Made by a program: the position numbers and the translations under genes. DNA of 64,000 nucleotides from Podarcis liolepis. Lineage: Eukaryota. The stretch is from assembly GCA_965112155.1 (NCBI GenBank), contig OZ218103.1, one strand, 5' to 3'. A model generated the notes under the pieces. That model did no database searches and was not told the DNA's origin. It saw only the letters and a program-made list of their open reading frames with translations. Positions 46,063-60,037 of this stretch are shown here, piece after piece (the first letter of the stretch is position 1; each line of letters opens with the position of its first letter).

Positions 46063-48794
46063 CCTTGTGGTGATACAAAGGATAATGTTTCCAAGTAGTA
46101 AAGGAACCTAGAATCCTTTTGGACATGACATTTCTAATTTCCCCACCAGTTGCCTGGGCAATGGAGCATTCCTACTACCATAAAGTGGTAAAAAGTATGC
46201 ACTTCCCTTCCAACACATAGGACTATATTGATGGAAGATCCTTTGTGTGATCTAGTTAAAGTACTATATCATCAATGCATGTTAGCCCTGGATGCTATGT
46301 AATAAGAACAAGGTATGTAATAAGAGCAAGCACAAATGACCCCTAAACATTTGCATACTGAGTCCTGACACTTTTCATAAATATGCCACTACAATGAAGG
46401 TACGATGCTAGTAATACTCACCAGATTCCAAAGCCACTTCATTCAGGCAAGTATCACTGCCCAGAATGCAGGATACACATACCCTATTCCTTTTGGAATC
46501 TGAGGTTCTTTGCTAGTTCAAATAAGAAACAAAGGCTGACCCAAATCATCTGAAAATCCAAAGGTTATTTTTAACATGACATTAAATACCTTGAGTCTTT
46601 CTGGTGATGCACATGTAAGTGCTATTAATGAAGGCAGAAGGAGGAAGTGAGCTGCTGTTATGAACTTAGGTACATTTCAACCCATATGGATTCCACATCT
46701 GAATTATAGACACATGGCTTGCAAATATATAAAGAAAAAGAAAATAAACAACTCTTATAGCATCGCATGGGAAAACACTAAGTCTGTACCTCTTGCACCA
46801 TTATTCACTTGGCCTTTCATGACACTTCTGCCACGTGAGGACGGCTTGCTGGGCTTGCATTATTTGCGACTAGGTTCACCACCTGCACAACACTTCTTCA
46901 CTCAGCTGTTTCTCTCTCACAAGAGTAAAGCTAAGCAAAACACTTTCCATATTAAGAAAAGCAAATTTGGAAGGGGGAATCAGAAGAGAGGGTAGCAAAA
47001 GGGCAAGTGTTGGACACGGATTCTGCTTGCCATACAACCTTGGACAAATCAGTTTTTAAGAAGTCCTGATTGTTGCAGTACTCTGTATTGTATAATAGAT
47101 ATATAACATGCATATTCATGTATATTTAAGTAATTCACAGGGTCTGTATATAAACTAGTATTGACAACACAATGAGCCATGAATGAAAGATGTGGCATAG
47201 CCGCCTTCACAATTTCTGCTCCCAGACTTCAAATTCAGCATGCTTGGTTTACACAGTAGAAAGACAGTATCACTGGGTACAAGTCCTCTGGGATTTGCAA
47301 AGTCAGCCACCTGAGCCCTTCCATCTCTCACAGCCATCGTGGCAAGAAATCCTTTCATCTACGCTGTTTCGAAGATTCATCCACTAACCTGTTTAATCAA
47401 AAAGCATCCAGATTTCATCTAAAATCCAATCATGAGAATTGCCTTAAAACCAAGGACTGCAGTTTTGTGCATGTTGTGAAGTTCCAGGCCATGAGCTAGA
47501 TGCAGAACTAAATTATACCAAAGTTATGAGGTTACTGAATACAGTTTTGGATCAAATGTCTCCCTAGACTATTTATTTGTTTGTTTGCTGATTAAAAAGA
47601 TGGATGATGCAAAATTGCTCTCTCTCTTTCTCCTCTGTATCAGCTCAGCAGGTAGAGTCAGCACAAAACCAGCTACATTTAGTTAGTCAAATGAGCAGAT
47701 TTGTCTCAAAGACACAGGGGGTGCAGACAGCGTTGAGTAAGGAGGAGGCTGTGCTGATTATAACTGAGCTCTCCATTTTCTTGCTTTATAAAATATAGAT
47801 GCTATATTCAAATGAAAGTGAATCTGGTCCCTTCTCTCCCTGGGCATTTAGCCTAAACAAACTATAGTGTCAGGGGAATAAGTGGCTGAATAGGCAATCA
47901 CATAATAAAATAACAGCAGTAGAACTGCAATAATTTTGGGTGTGTTAATTCTCCTGTCTTTCTCCCCTGCCTTCCAGTAGGTCATGAGTGACTATTACAA
48001 TTTGAACCCCAGCTACTGTTGCTCTGAATTTACAGACTTCAGACTCAGTTTCTATTACTTCCAAAAGTACAAAATGACTATATAGTGCTCAGAGCTCTAT
48101 GACTCACATAATGATATTTCAACCGCCATTTCTTTCTTCATTTTAAGACCTCTTTTACACCTACGTTTCTGGTGCATGTGAATGTAAGGCTGGGCTCATA
48201 AGCACCACTTATATGGAGGGAATGCTTATTTTAGCAACAGGATGACCATTCCTCACTTCGGATGATCCCAGCACTGTTGATCTTCATCAGTTTGTTAACA
48301 GTAGCTTGGGCTTTTCAGACAGCCATACATCAATCACTACCTAAAGCTTCCTAAATTTTACTTTAAAAAATATTTTCAACCAAGAAAAAAACCAAGGCAG
48401 GAAGGGCCAACCAGAACCTAGCAGTGCTAAGAAAGCTGATTATATTTGATAAAAGGTGTGGCATATCTACTTCACAATCTGAAAAGCTTTTTTCACTATG
48501 CATTTAGACACCTCTAAAGACAGTGGGCTATATAGTCAGAGCAGACCCATTGAAATTGATGGGCCGTTAATTTTTTTGGGTTGACTCAAAATAGGGATTT
48601 GCTGGATATAACCCATCAAAAGCAATTTTTGCATCATGGTTCCTGAGATCAAGGAGTAAATTTTCATCTACATCTGGGTACACACACCTGAATGCTACTT
48701 TGAATCAAGATGGCAGATGATCAATACTGTAATGATTTTGTGGTTGTTCTTTGTTTCTTAAGACTTCCTAAGCAATGCCGGTATGGGTTCTAGA

Positions 48795-49092
48795 ATATCA
48801 CCTGAGGGCACATGATTCGGCTAATATGCTGAAGCTAACGAGGACTAGGTCTGATCTAGGCATGCCTGCATGGGAGACCACACAAGACCACCACCTATAC
48901 CAGAGCTTTCCAAACTTTTCATGTTGGTGACACACTTTTTAGACCCCTTTCCAGCCCTGGGAGGAGTGTGGGGAGCATTCATACAACACACCTACACACT
49001 GTAGCCGACACACTAATGTGTCACGAACACACAGTTTGAAAAGCTGTGACCTATACCAATGTGAGTGCCATGGTGGGGAAAAAGTGAGATAT
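48795..49092 (+). mobile_element. Degenerate 5S rRNA-derived SINE (interrupted)
   Basis: GAAGCTAA..G...GGTCTG...ATGGGAGACC resembles 5S rRNA boxes A and C; continues after the MITE into an L2-like tail. Confidence 0.5.
48901..49048. mobile_element. hAT MITE
   Basis: TIR CAGAGCTTTCCAAACT / AGTTTGAAAAGCTGTG; perfect 8-bp TSD ACCTATAC. Confidence 0.9.
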
Positions 49093-49708
49093 ATAGAATC
49101 ATAGAATCATAGAATCATAGAGTTGGAAGAGACCACAAGGGCCATCGAGTCCAACCCCCTGCCAAGCAGGAAACACCATCAGAGCACTCCTGACATATGG
49201 TTGTCAAGCCTCTGCTTAAAGACCTCCAAAGAAGGAGACTCCACCAAACTCCTTGGCAGCAAATTCCACTGTCGAACAGCTCTTACTGTCAGGAAGTTCT
49301 TCCTAATGTTTAGGTGGAATCTTCTTTCTTGTAGTTTGGATCCATTGCTCTGTGTCCGCTTCTCTGGAGCAGCAGAAAACAACCTTTCTCCCTCCTCTAT
49401 GTGACATCCTTTTATATATTTGAACATGGCTATCATATCACCCCTTAACCTCCTCTTCTCCAGGCTAAACATGCCCAGCTCCCTTAGCCGTTCCTCATAA
49501 GGCATCGTTTCCAGGCCTTTGACCATTTTGGTTGCCCTCCTCTGGACACGTTCCAGTTTGTCAGTGACCTTCTTGTACTGTGGTGCCCAGAACTGGACAC
49601 AGTACTCCAGGTGAGGTCTGACCAGAGCAGAATACAGTGGCACTATTACTTCCCTTGATCTAGATGCTATACTCCTATTGATTCAGCCCAGAATTGCATT
49701 GGCTTTTT
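49093..49708 (-). mobile_element. Young 5'-truncated CR1 LINE (ORF2 C-terminus plus 3' UTR)
   Basis: Intact frame [19 protein letters not shown]...[11 protein letters not shown]...[13 protein letters not shown]; (ATTCTATG)n octamer tail. Confidence 0.96.
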
Positions 49709-51526
49709 ATGTACTAAAGAAATAAATTTACCAACACAAAATTCACTCATAAATTTGCCACACAAAACAGCCCACATCTTGATTAGCACATACTTCCACA
49801 AAAGTGTCCCTATCTTTGAAATATTGATCTTGCAAACCCGATTGAGAATATTTTCTATTTCCCTTTAATCACACAACTCATTAAAAACAACTCATTTCTC
49901 CAAAACCAGTGCAGATTTTCAGGGGAGACCTGTACCTGCATTCTTTTTCTCTCTCCAACTGCTCTCTTCCCCACTGTCTAATTGAATCTTGTAGGCTGCC
50001 TGAAAACATCTAGCATCTTGTCTATTTTTTGTTTGCCAGTCTCTTTGCCAACGTTTTGCAGGCCAAATTCAATAGTCCATTATTTCAGCCTGCCAATTAT
50101 AAGATTCTTCTCTCTGCAAATTCAGCTGATCATGGTATGGAGGCTGCTGCCTTGAAGGCAGTTCTATGGTTGAGCAGCCAGCATAAACCACTTACAGTTA
50201 CTCATCTAGTAAAGGTAATGAGGAATTTGCTGGAAATGATAAACAATCCAACATATCTTCTAGAAGAGAATTTTTCTTTATCCTTTTCCCAGCTCCATAT
50301 GACTGGAATTCAATAAAAGGTTTTGCCATACTCTTTTAGGCTGCAAAGTCTACAGTGCAGATGATGATATTCTGTGCAAAAGGTGTGTTAGTTGTGTACT
50401 GTCATGATTATCCTGTATTGGCAGATCCAGTAACAGTTTTGAGGATGTTCCACAGAAGCTGAAGTCTTATTCATGTAGTAAATAAATAGCTCAAGTCCTG
50501 CATGCAGTTTATCACATGTGGCCATGTAAACATTTGCCATGGGTTGCAAATTGCACATGAGATTCAAACAATTTCCTGCATAAAATAACTTCCATGTAGG
50601 AGATTCTGTCTGGATAAGATGTTTTCTTAGGTCTGTTTTACACACTACATAGCAACATATTCGATTTCACCGTCAAGCATCCATTCAACAGGGAACCAAA
50701 GTCAATCTTTGCTCTCTGATAAGGGTACCTGTTCTCCATAAGACATACAAAGTTTCAAATGCCTGTTTACCATGTTCACACAAAGGCACAAAGAAGCCCC
50801 CAGATTCTGCACTTCATCCACAGATGGATAGATAAACCAGGACCTAAATTCAGAAAGAGGGGCAAGACCGGTATTTGCCTCTTTTCTTGGGAAATCATTT
50901 CAGAGCTGACTTGGTGGCAGTGAAACAGTCTGCTGATGGATGCCCTGCTGCAAATGCTCCTATCCACTAGGATAGTGCAGGAAGCTGAATGAAAGAACAT
51001 CTACTAATAGTCAAAGACAGATTGGCTATCTCATAAATGCCCCCGGGACCTAGGATGGATCCATTATCAAGGAACTGATGTTATAGACAGATGCCTACAG
51101 TTCCTTTGGGTCTTCCTGCTTTCCTCTCTGATAGGATTCTTTGAGCAAGCTGATGACTACTTTGGGAAATGATCATAGTGGAGAAAAATCACACGTTATG
51201 GCTGTGGGCTATTCTGTAGTTCTATGTACATTAGCAGGACAAGCCCTAGCACAGCTGTTAAGAGGGTATCCTGATAAAAATGCAACTTTTCCATTCCATT
51301 TTCATTTCCTCCCACTTTAAATGGCTTATATCCCGCTTTGTCTTCCTGAGGGAACCCAAAATGACTAAGAGCAAACAGAAAACAAAGTATCAGAATAATC
51401 AGCAAAAACACAGTACATATCAAAATATAAAATGACAAATGATTCTTTAGGATCCTGTTAAAAACACCCAAAGAGACTAGACATAGGCCCATTTAAGGAA
51501 GGTGTAAATGGGTGATAAAGAGACTA

Positions 51527-51743
51527 CAGTGGTACCTCGGGTTACATACGCTTCAGTTTACATACGCTTCAGGTTACAGACTCTGCTAACCCAGAAATAT
51601 TACCTCGGGTTAAGAACTTTGCTTCAGGATGAGAACAGAAATTGTGCAGCAGCGGCAGCAGGAGGCCCCATTAGCTAAAGTGGTGCTTCAGGTTAAGAAC
51701 AGACCTCCGGAACGAATTAAGTTCTTAACCCAAGGTACCACTA
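51527..51743. mobile_element. Tc1/mariner (Tigger-like) non-autonomous element
   Basis: TIR CAGTGGTACCTCGGGTTA / TAACCCAAGGTACCACTA flanked by TA dinucleotides. Confidence 0.88.
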
Positions 51744-54700
51744 TAATTGTGTGCAGAGCTGGACCTGAACATTTTGCTGCCTGAATGATGAGCTGGTGCC
51801 TGCTCCTCCTTTACCCCTAGAAGCTGCCCATGCAGACTATTGAATCTTACTTCAACATGGGTGATGGAACAAAGTCTCCTGAGGGCAGCAGCTGCTTAGG
51901 GGGTGCAGGCCAGGCCACACTCAGCTCTGTCATCCAACACCTTGCTGCTGTCTCTCCCAGTCCCCTAGCATTGGGTCATCCAACACCTCATTGCCCAAGG
52001 TGGTTACTTCACTATAATTAATGACAAGCTACAGCTCATGATTAGTGAGGTGAGAAAGCAGCAGTGAGCTCCTTTCTGGGAGCCCACACATTTGTGTAGT
52101 CCCAGTAAGCCATAATTTGGTTTACTGTGTCGTGCAAACCAGGCCAATTTCTCCGAAATGGTCTCAACCTCATGTTTGAGTGTCAATGTGATGAAGATTT
52201 GAGCGGGGGAGAGATTATAAAAAATACCACCACAGGAAAAGTTACGTGTCTACAAGGCTCAATATGTCTTCTCTAAGCACCCCAAACAAGAAAGAAATAA
52301 CATGGCTATTCTGAACCTCACAGAAGCCTTAATCAAAGACATTAGGAGTAGCTTTCTGAGAGAACAAAAACATACATCCATTCTCACTATCCATGGGTTA
52401 TTACAATATAATTAGGTTTCTTATCCAGTTAATAGGAACACCGCACAAGACTTTAGCTAAAGTCAACACTATAAATACAAACATGCATTTAATTGAAACC
52501 ATTGGTTAGTCCATTTGTCTTGGCACAATTTGTCTTTTACAAAGCACAAATTAATATATTGTGGCTGCTCGCTCATCATGTCCACTCCGAAGAAACCTGA
52601 GAGAAAAAATGATTTGTTCGTTCAGTCGTTTGTGACTGCTTAAGAGGATTGCTAGTTGGTTAGACCTGAAATCTGTTTTGGTGGATGCAGTGAGCGGCTT
52701 TCTTTTTTGTTTGCTCAAGTTCATTCTCTGACAGTGGCTTGCATATGTTAAATGCAAACTATATTAAACTCTTTGCTTGCATATATTAAACTGGACAAAT
52801 ATTCCAATTAACAAAGAACAGTGATTTTCCCAAAGAGAGCAACCAATTGTGTAACAGGGGCAATGTGTACTTTACAGGTCTGTGCAAACCTGCCTTGTAA
52901 ATCAGTCCACAAAAGTTACCAGCCTGAAAAAAATGTTTACTAGCTACATTAAATTCCCTGCACTTGTCTGCCTGTAATTCCTTCTCATCTATTGCTACCA
53001 AGCTAATGCCTGACTATAAGGCTAGCACGAGCATACAACAAGTCCAAAACTTGGCATTAGATTAAAAATTCAGGATCTTTCTAGCTCTCCTCCTTTCATT
53101 TTTAATATCAGCATGACACAGAAATCAAACAACTATTTTCACTCTATGCCATATGCCAGGCAAAGCTTCTGTTGCTCCATTTCTATTTGCCATGCCGCTG
53201 TTAAAGCACAGGAGCAGGGTGGAGAGAGCAGGTTCACAATTACAAGCCAACATATTTATTTTGTGTAAAACAAGCCACAGCATAAAATACAGAATTTGAG
53301 CTACACGGGGCAGAAGGTTGGTTATTATTATTTTTAATACAGAATTCACACAATCCTGACAATTCTGGTTCTGGCTTTTACAAGGCATCCTCTAACCAGG
53401 AAGCTTTTAGTACCAATTAGGGTTGTCACTCAGTCAAAGAAATCTCAGGCTATTAGTGTTAGAAGTTTCCTGTGGTGTGTTCTTTCTGATAAAAAAAAAT
53501 TTCTTCACAGTAACTTCATTTTGGAAAAATGTTTGATAGTTACAGGTGTCAATGCATTTATAATCCTGTGGGTTGGAGACTAACAGAGAGACAATAAATG
53601 TGGACAGACCCTGTGAGCCTTTGTAGTTGCAGAGAACAAGCTATATTTCAAAGCTGGGAGGATAAACATCACTATCTACTACATAGTAGTTTAAGCTCTC
53701 ACTGCCCTTTCTGTGCTTGAATGGATATCTTATGACGACCCATCTTATGACTACCCATCTTATTTTGACAAATGGGCTGCCTATATTAAATTATATGCTT
53801 AAGTCAGGATCAAAGTCAGCTGACAATGTTGTTGTTTCCCCCCTCCTGATATATTTGCGACAATAACAATAATAATGGAGGGGGAAGTGGAATAAAGATT
53901 GTGAGTTTCAAAACAGACTTTGTTTTCAGGCAGGGCTTGTATACACTTCTGCAGCAGGCGCCCACCCTTTGAAAACCTTTTCTAGCTTGGCACATGCCGG
54001 TTGCAATTCCTAGACATCTTTAAGTTAAAAAATAAGGCACTTTAAAAAATGTATTGCCCAGTTAATTGGGGACACCTTTTCAGTTGCTCAAGAAGGCTTT
54101 AACTGATTAATCTAACTAATTGGGACTGCAATCCCTATGTACACTTAGGTGGGAATGGATCGAGCCAGATTTACCTCAGTATAGGATTGTGCTGTTTAAA
54201 TGTTGCAGCCTTAGTGATGATATTAAGTTCTATTCCTTTTAGCACACACAAAACTACTTCTGACCCACAGAATGATTAACATGGGTCTTTAAAGTTGACG
54301 GTGGTGCTGTGAAATGGGCCTCACTCCCAGAAGCCGTTTGCAAGATCAAGGCTCAGCTCTGCAAGAGTGAAGATGAGATGGCTTCTAAGCATCTGCAAGT
54401 GTGCCTTCCTCACACCACTGAGTAACCACAAGCAGGCTGCATGTTTGTGCATACAAGCATGCATGCACATGTCATGCTTCTTCAGAGCTTGTGGCTTCGA
54501 GGCCTACTTGAGCTCCGACACTTTTCTCTTTCAAACATTAAACATTGTATTGCGAGTGTTTTCATTCCCAAAAGTGCCGCCGCTAACACCGCTAACTTTT
54601 CTGGACCGCTTCTTGTCACATCCCAATGCTCTTTTACCCCCAAAGTTAACAATGCCTCCTCATTCCGCCAGACAGCCAGGACTGCATCTCTCCTCTGCCT

Positions 54701-55664
54701 TTCACTGTCGCTCACACACATGCATGCTCAACATTCCCTGGGGAGGCAAGTGCACCTGTGTCAGGCCAAGCCCTCAGCTTTCCCTATCACCTTGCCTTTT
54801 CTCATCAGTACCACCCTGCATCTCTGCTCACGTTCCCTTGCTCCTCACGAAGTTCACACGTGCACCCACTTTGAGTTCTTCTGATTTGCTCTGACAAGCA
54901 GGAGGGAAGCCCTCGCTCATCACCCTGCAGGGCTACAGGGCTTGGCAGGGCTCTGCCAGCTTGGCAGTACCGTGCTTCTCCCCTCCCTCCCTTCATCAGC
55001 CTCCAGCCTACAACCAGGGAGAGGGTATTAACAGGATAAGCTGTGAGGCTGTCTTGAGCAATGATGGCTATGCAATCTATTAAACCAGAATGGATGAGTG
55101 TCATTTAAACCCCTCCAGTCAGGGAACCAGCAGAGGACTTGGGCAGGAGTCTTGTTCTTTGCTGCAGCATCCCATAATAACCGGGCTATTCCAATGCTGC
55201 TGAAGTGGTTGAAGCAGGGGTACAAGGGCTTGTGCCATGCAAAAGTTCGTTTGCTAACAAGAAAGAGATGTTGCAAAAGAGTACAAAGGCACCAGATTCC
55301 TATTCTACCTCTCTTGTTTGTAAAGGCCATGAAATAATTGATGCCATTCCCGTCTCTGTTTCCTTATTCTCAAAATAGTAACAGCCAATCATTTGCCTGC
55401 TACTTTATACTAATAATAAACTACTATTATCTGCAACTGATGGCAATGAACACTGGCAGAAACGGATCAAAGCCCCAGATTCCAAAGTCCCCTACATTTC
55501 AAAGGGCTCAAACCAGAGCTGCTGCTGGAATCTGCCAGTTTTAGTGCTTCAGGCAAAATACCCGACTACTACAACTGGCAAAATGGAAACCTCCTTGAAA
55601 ATCCTGGACAACTCCCAAACCTGCTTCTCTTAAAGCACAAATGAAATTGTATTTTATGCACCAG

Positions 55665-55835
55665 CGTACTGTAGTGGTTTGAGTGCTGGACTGGCGAGAT
55701 CCATGTCCAATCCCTGCTCACTAACTCTCTGCTCACTTACCTATCTCACGGGGTTGTTTTGAGATCCAAAAAAGGGAGGGAGGGAACTGTGTAGACTGCC
55801 TTGAACTGCTTGGAGGAAGGCAGGATGTAAATCTA
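55665..55835 (+). mobile_element. MIR/CORE-related SINE (degenerate)
   Basis: GTAGTGGTTTGAGTGCTGGACT head; CCTATCTCACGGGGTTGTT core. Confidence 0.65.
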
Positions 55836-56687
55836 AGAAATGACAATATTTCAATTAGGATTTCTGTGAGCAGAGATAAACAACACCAGCTTCTGATTGC
55901 AACAAATCAGGATGCTCCTGAAGGCACAAATATTTTATTATCTTATGTTGTTATTCGCAATTTACACAATGACCCAAAAGGTTTCACACCACAACTCTTT
56001 GCTGAGTTAGAGATGTGTTACGCATATCCTTTAGCAATACTATAATTGGAACATTTGTTTTACATAGGTGAAAGCACAGCTTGTTATCGTATGCGGTAGA
56101 GAGTATAGGGCGTAAGCCCAACCATTTTCTATTTGCTCACGACTGCCAATACCCTGTAGGGCTGTGGTATGTTCATTAATGGCTGGTCTAGGACTGGGGG
56201 TTTGGGATTTACTGATTCATTGTTCAACTACATGATGGGATGTGGTCGCAACAGAACACTAATGTATGTGGAGCAAGTGCTGAGCATTACCCTTGAAAAT
56301 TTGCCCTTTGACTGCAGTTTCAAGGCATGTCCGCTGCTGAAAGTGAAAGCCTCTCTGCTCCCTCCCTCTCCCCCAAAAGAAAGGATCACATGGCTGGAAA
56401 ACTCTTTCTTGGGTTTCCTCTCACTCATGTGAAAAGGCCTGGGGTGATTCAGTAGCAGAATGCAAAAGCTCAGTTCCCAGCTCAAATTCACAATCAAATG
56501 AGTGCTAGAAGTAGCCTGGCATCATTAAGATCCTCTTCAACAGCCACTCTACATACTGGCAAATTTGACTGACCCTAGTCAATCATGTCTGAATTTTCGC
56601 AAATTAATTTGATTAGATGCCTGCAAACTGAAATCCGGCCAAATCTGTAGAGTAAGCACACAAATAAACAACCAACAAGTAAACCTA

Positions 56688-56939
56688 GGGGCTTGTCCAC
56701 ACCCGCTTGTCCTGTGCTTAGAAAGCATGGGTCCGAGCTGTTTTCTGCTTATCCAGGCACAGGTCTGAGTGGTTTTACCCTTGCCCAGCCGCTTTCCCAT
56801 GGAAAACCCATTCTTTAGTGATAAATCAGAGCAAATGGAAATCCACAGAGAACCCATTTGCCATTTGCTCTGTTTCAGTGCTAAACTGCAGCTTTTCCCA
56901 GGGGAAAGTGGCAGGGCAAACAAAAGTGTGGATAAGCCT
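56688..56939. mobile_element. MITE with inverted termini (PIF/Harbinger-like)
   Basis: GGGCTTGTCCACAC ... GTGTGGATAAGCCT termini and internal palindrome; related copy near 30765-30925. Confidence 0.6.
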
Positions 56940-59207
56940 CCAGGAAGGACAGTTCAAAACAGGTCAAGAAATAGTTCTCCCATAAAGGACAGCCCAAGAC
57001 CTGGGATAATAAAATGATGGCAATCCTGCAAGCCTTAAAAGAATCAATGGTGGTTTAAAAATCTCATTCTTCAATTTCCAAAAGCTATTTATTTATTTGT
57101 TTTTTTTAAAAAAAACCTAGTTGTATCACCCTGTGTATTTGAATATTGAAGAAAGCATTCCAATATCAATCATAAGTCAATCCAAGCTCTGAAACATGGG
57201 ACAACATTGCTTTCCTTTCAGTGCTCATCACTGTTGCCCAACAATATAGTGTCTTCAAAGTCATCAGAATGATTAATCTAAACCACATATCAAAGCTATT
57301 TTAGCAAACATCACTACAAGCCTAATAATTCATCATAACCCTTATCACATCTAGAGATATGCTACAGTAACTATTGCCCAGGTTCAATAAGAGGGATAAC
57401 ACATATGGAAGCTGCTTCCACACACTGATTTCTTTGTTGAATTGGGAATCAGTTCCAGACTGGATGAGGATGGACACTGAGATACCTCTCTGCATTGTGA
57501 TGCATAGGTGGAAGTGAGGCTTCTAGTATTGCCTCCTAACTGAAAATGTGCCATATGGAATAGTAATCTGTATTTCAGAAATGCCACCATATGGAAGCAG
57601 TTCGCCTCTCCTGCAGGTTAATGTCTAAACTATGATTATCCAACAGATAACAAGCTTATGTTTTTCCTCAGTAAATATGATAAAGTGTAGCACCCCAAGT
57701 CCAAGCCCACCTCCTGTAATGGGAAGCTAGTCCTATTAAAACCAACAGGACTTGTGCTGTTAAATGTATTGAGGAACTAGACATTGTGGGAGACAGCTCT
57801 GGCTTTAGCAAATCCACAAGGAGATGGCCTTGGCATTAGTTTCTGTATAGAACCATCATGATGATTTGCCAACATCTTGGCAGAGTCAACAGTGATTGCC
57901 CTCTGGACGACATGCGTGTGAGTGAGAGATCATAATTTTGATATTAATAAAATTCACATGACACCAAGTTATTCTGAATAATTGACTGATGTGTGATGGG
58001 TTGGATCTGAAGAGTGTAGGGTCTTAATTTTATAAGTGCACAGGATGCATCTACAATGAATTGGGGAATAAAAGGGGTGTAGCTTCCGTGCTCCTTGCTT
58101 AATGTTATGCTAGCAACACTGCCTTTCTTCCCAAGACCCTCAGCTGTTCTTTGCTGCTGCCATTTGGCAGGCTCCTGGTGACTGTTTTTCTGGCTGGAAT
58201 GGCAGAACCTAAAGCTGTTTGTTAACTCTCCTTGGCTATGTATTATAGTTGTTTTTCGATGCATAAAATAGTTCCAAGATGCATCCATGACTTATTTTTG
58301 GCGTTGCTCACTCCGTAGTATAGGTAACTGATTTCTTAATTCCTTAATGGATACTGACTGCTGATCAAGTTCAGCTACTGACAGATGCCTCCTGGCTTCT
58401 GGCTTCCTCAATAGCTATAAGGCATCAACTTTATTGAAGAATGCGAAAAGGTTTCTTTTAAAAGAAGAGCTTAAGAAAATACATCTTGCAGAACTAGCCA
58501 ACCTGGTGCCCCCGAAATAGTATGGATTACTACTCCCATCATCCCTGACCACTGGCCATGCTGTCTGGGGTTAATGGGAACTATAGTTCAAAACATCTGG
58601 ATGGCACCATGTTGACTACCCCTGGTGTACACTGATTTATGCCTGCTTAGCATTCCCCATTGATTGCTGGGGACATTCTCTCAGGCAAGTGTGCATAGGA
58701 CTGCAGTCTTAATGTGCCAGGATTGCCATCTGGCTAGGAATTTGTTGACACCACCAACCCTTCAATATCAGGTGGGAAGAAATATAATTCAAATCTGACT
58801 TCGTTTTACAATTTGAACACTTTCAATATTCAGTTTTAAAACCTGATTTTAAGGGATTATCACCTTGACTTTTAAGGATCAACTTATCAGATTCAGGGAT
58901 ATAAAAACAGGTTTAGATTGGTTGGTTGGAGTTGTGTTTTGTTGCAGTAGTACGATTCTTGCTGTTTTGCTATGATTTGTAGGAGAGGTACAGGAACCTT
59001 ACAAGGCTACTTGGATAATGTTGGAGATGTGGTGGAGGTGGGTGAGAAATGTGGACTCTGTCAGCCATATTTCATGAGAATATGTTAGTACCATGAAAAA
59101 TTATCATCACCACCCAGTTTGGGACTTGGGACAAAAGCAGAGCTTTGTGACTTGAGGACATCTCTCAGAAATTGACCTACATGTAATCTTTCCTATGAAA
59201 TAAGAAG

Positions 59208-59421
59208 AGAGCCAGTGTAGTGTAGCAGTTACCGTGTTGGACTAGGAGCTGGGAGACCAGGGTTCAAATCCTCACTTGGCCAGGAAGCTCCCTGGGTGAC
59301 CACGGACCTGCCAGTGCCTCCCAGCCTAGTCTACCTCACAGGGTTGTTGTTGGGCTTAAATGTGGAGTGAGAGAACCATGTAGACAACCTTAAGCTTCTT
59401 GGAGAAAGAAGTGGGCTATAA

Positions 59422-59459
<38 letters not shown>
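59208..59459 (+). mobile_element. MIR/CORE-related SINE with (ATG)n tail
   Basis: GAGCCAGTGTAGTGTAG...GGTTCAAATCC...CTACCTCACAGGGTTGTTGT; microsatellite at 59421-59459. Confidence 0.82.
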
Positions 59460-59855
59460 AGTTATTCTGATATGAAGGTATACCCAAATAAGACTGACCA
59501 ATCCTGTGTTTTAGATATCTCAGGCCAAATGCTGACATACTTTCCACATATCTACAGGATATCTAAGCTGAAATAAAAAGAGGTGCTTCAGAGGTATTTA
59601 ATATTTAGTTTAAAGGAGTTGCCTTGGTAATCCGGTACGGAAGGATTAGAGAGCTGAAAGTGTTGAACAATACAAGCCTTAGCAGGGAATGCAGAAAGTA
59701 TCTCCAGTGCTGCTGTGATGAACTTTAGGCAGAAACTTCAAAACTGAAGCAGCTTCTGGGAACACCAGAAATAAGTGTTCCTAAATCCCTGCCTTGAGCA
59801 AGTTGGTGGTGCTAATCCCACCTGGGTCAAAAATGCCAGAACAGGAGATGATAGA

Positions 59856-60037
59856 GGGAAGGGGCATGGCCCAGTGGTGGATCAAATGGTTTGCATGCAG
59901 AAGATTCCCAAGTCATTCCCTGAAATCTATAGGCAGGGCAGAGAAAGACTCTTGCCTAAAATCCTGGAAATCTGTTGCCAGTCAGTGCCAACAATAGATG
60001 GACTATTAATCCAAAGGTATAAGACAGATTCCTAGGT
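59856..60037 (+). mobile_element. Squam3-like SINE (degenerate)
   Basis: TTTGCATGCAGAAG...TGCCAGTCAGTG...GTATAAGACAG..TTCCTA. Confidence 0.65.

Noticed and set aside
49179-49643. 154-aa ORF as a host or domesticated gene
   Set aside because: Ordinary CR1 ORF2 C-terminus of a 5'-truncated copy
54292-54313. REST/RE1 site (CAGCACCACCGTCAAC on minus)
   Set aside because: Right half-site deviates too far from GGACAGCGCC
54367-54894. 175-aa and 147-aa plus-strand ORFs
   Set aside because: No homology or domain pattern and no supporting splice structure
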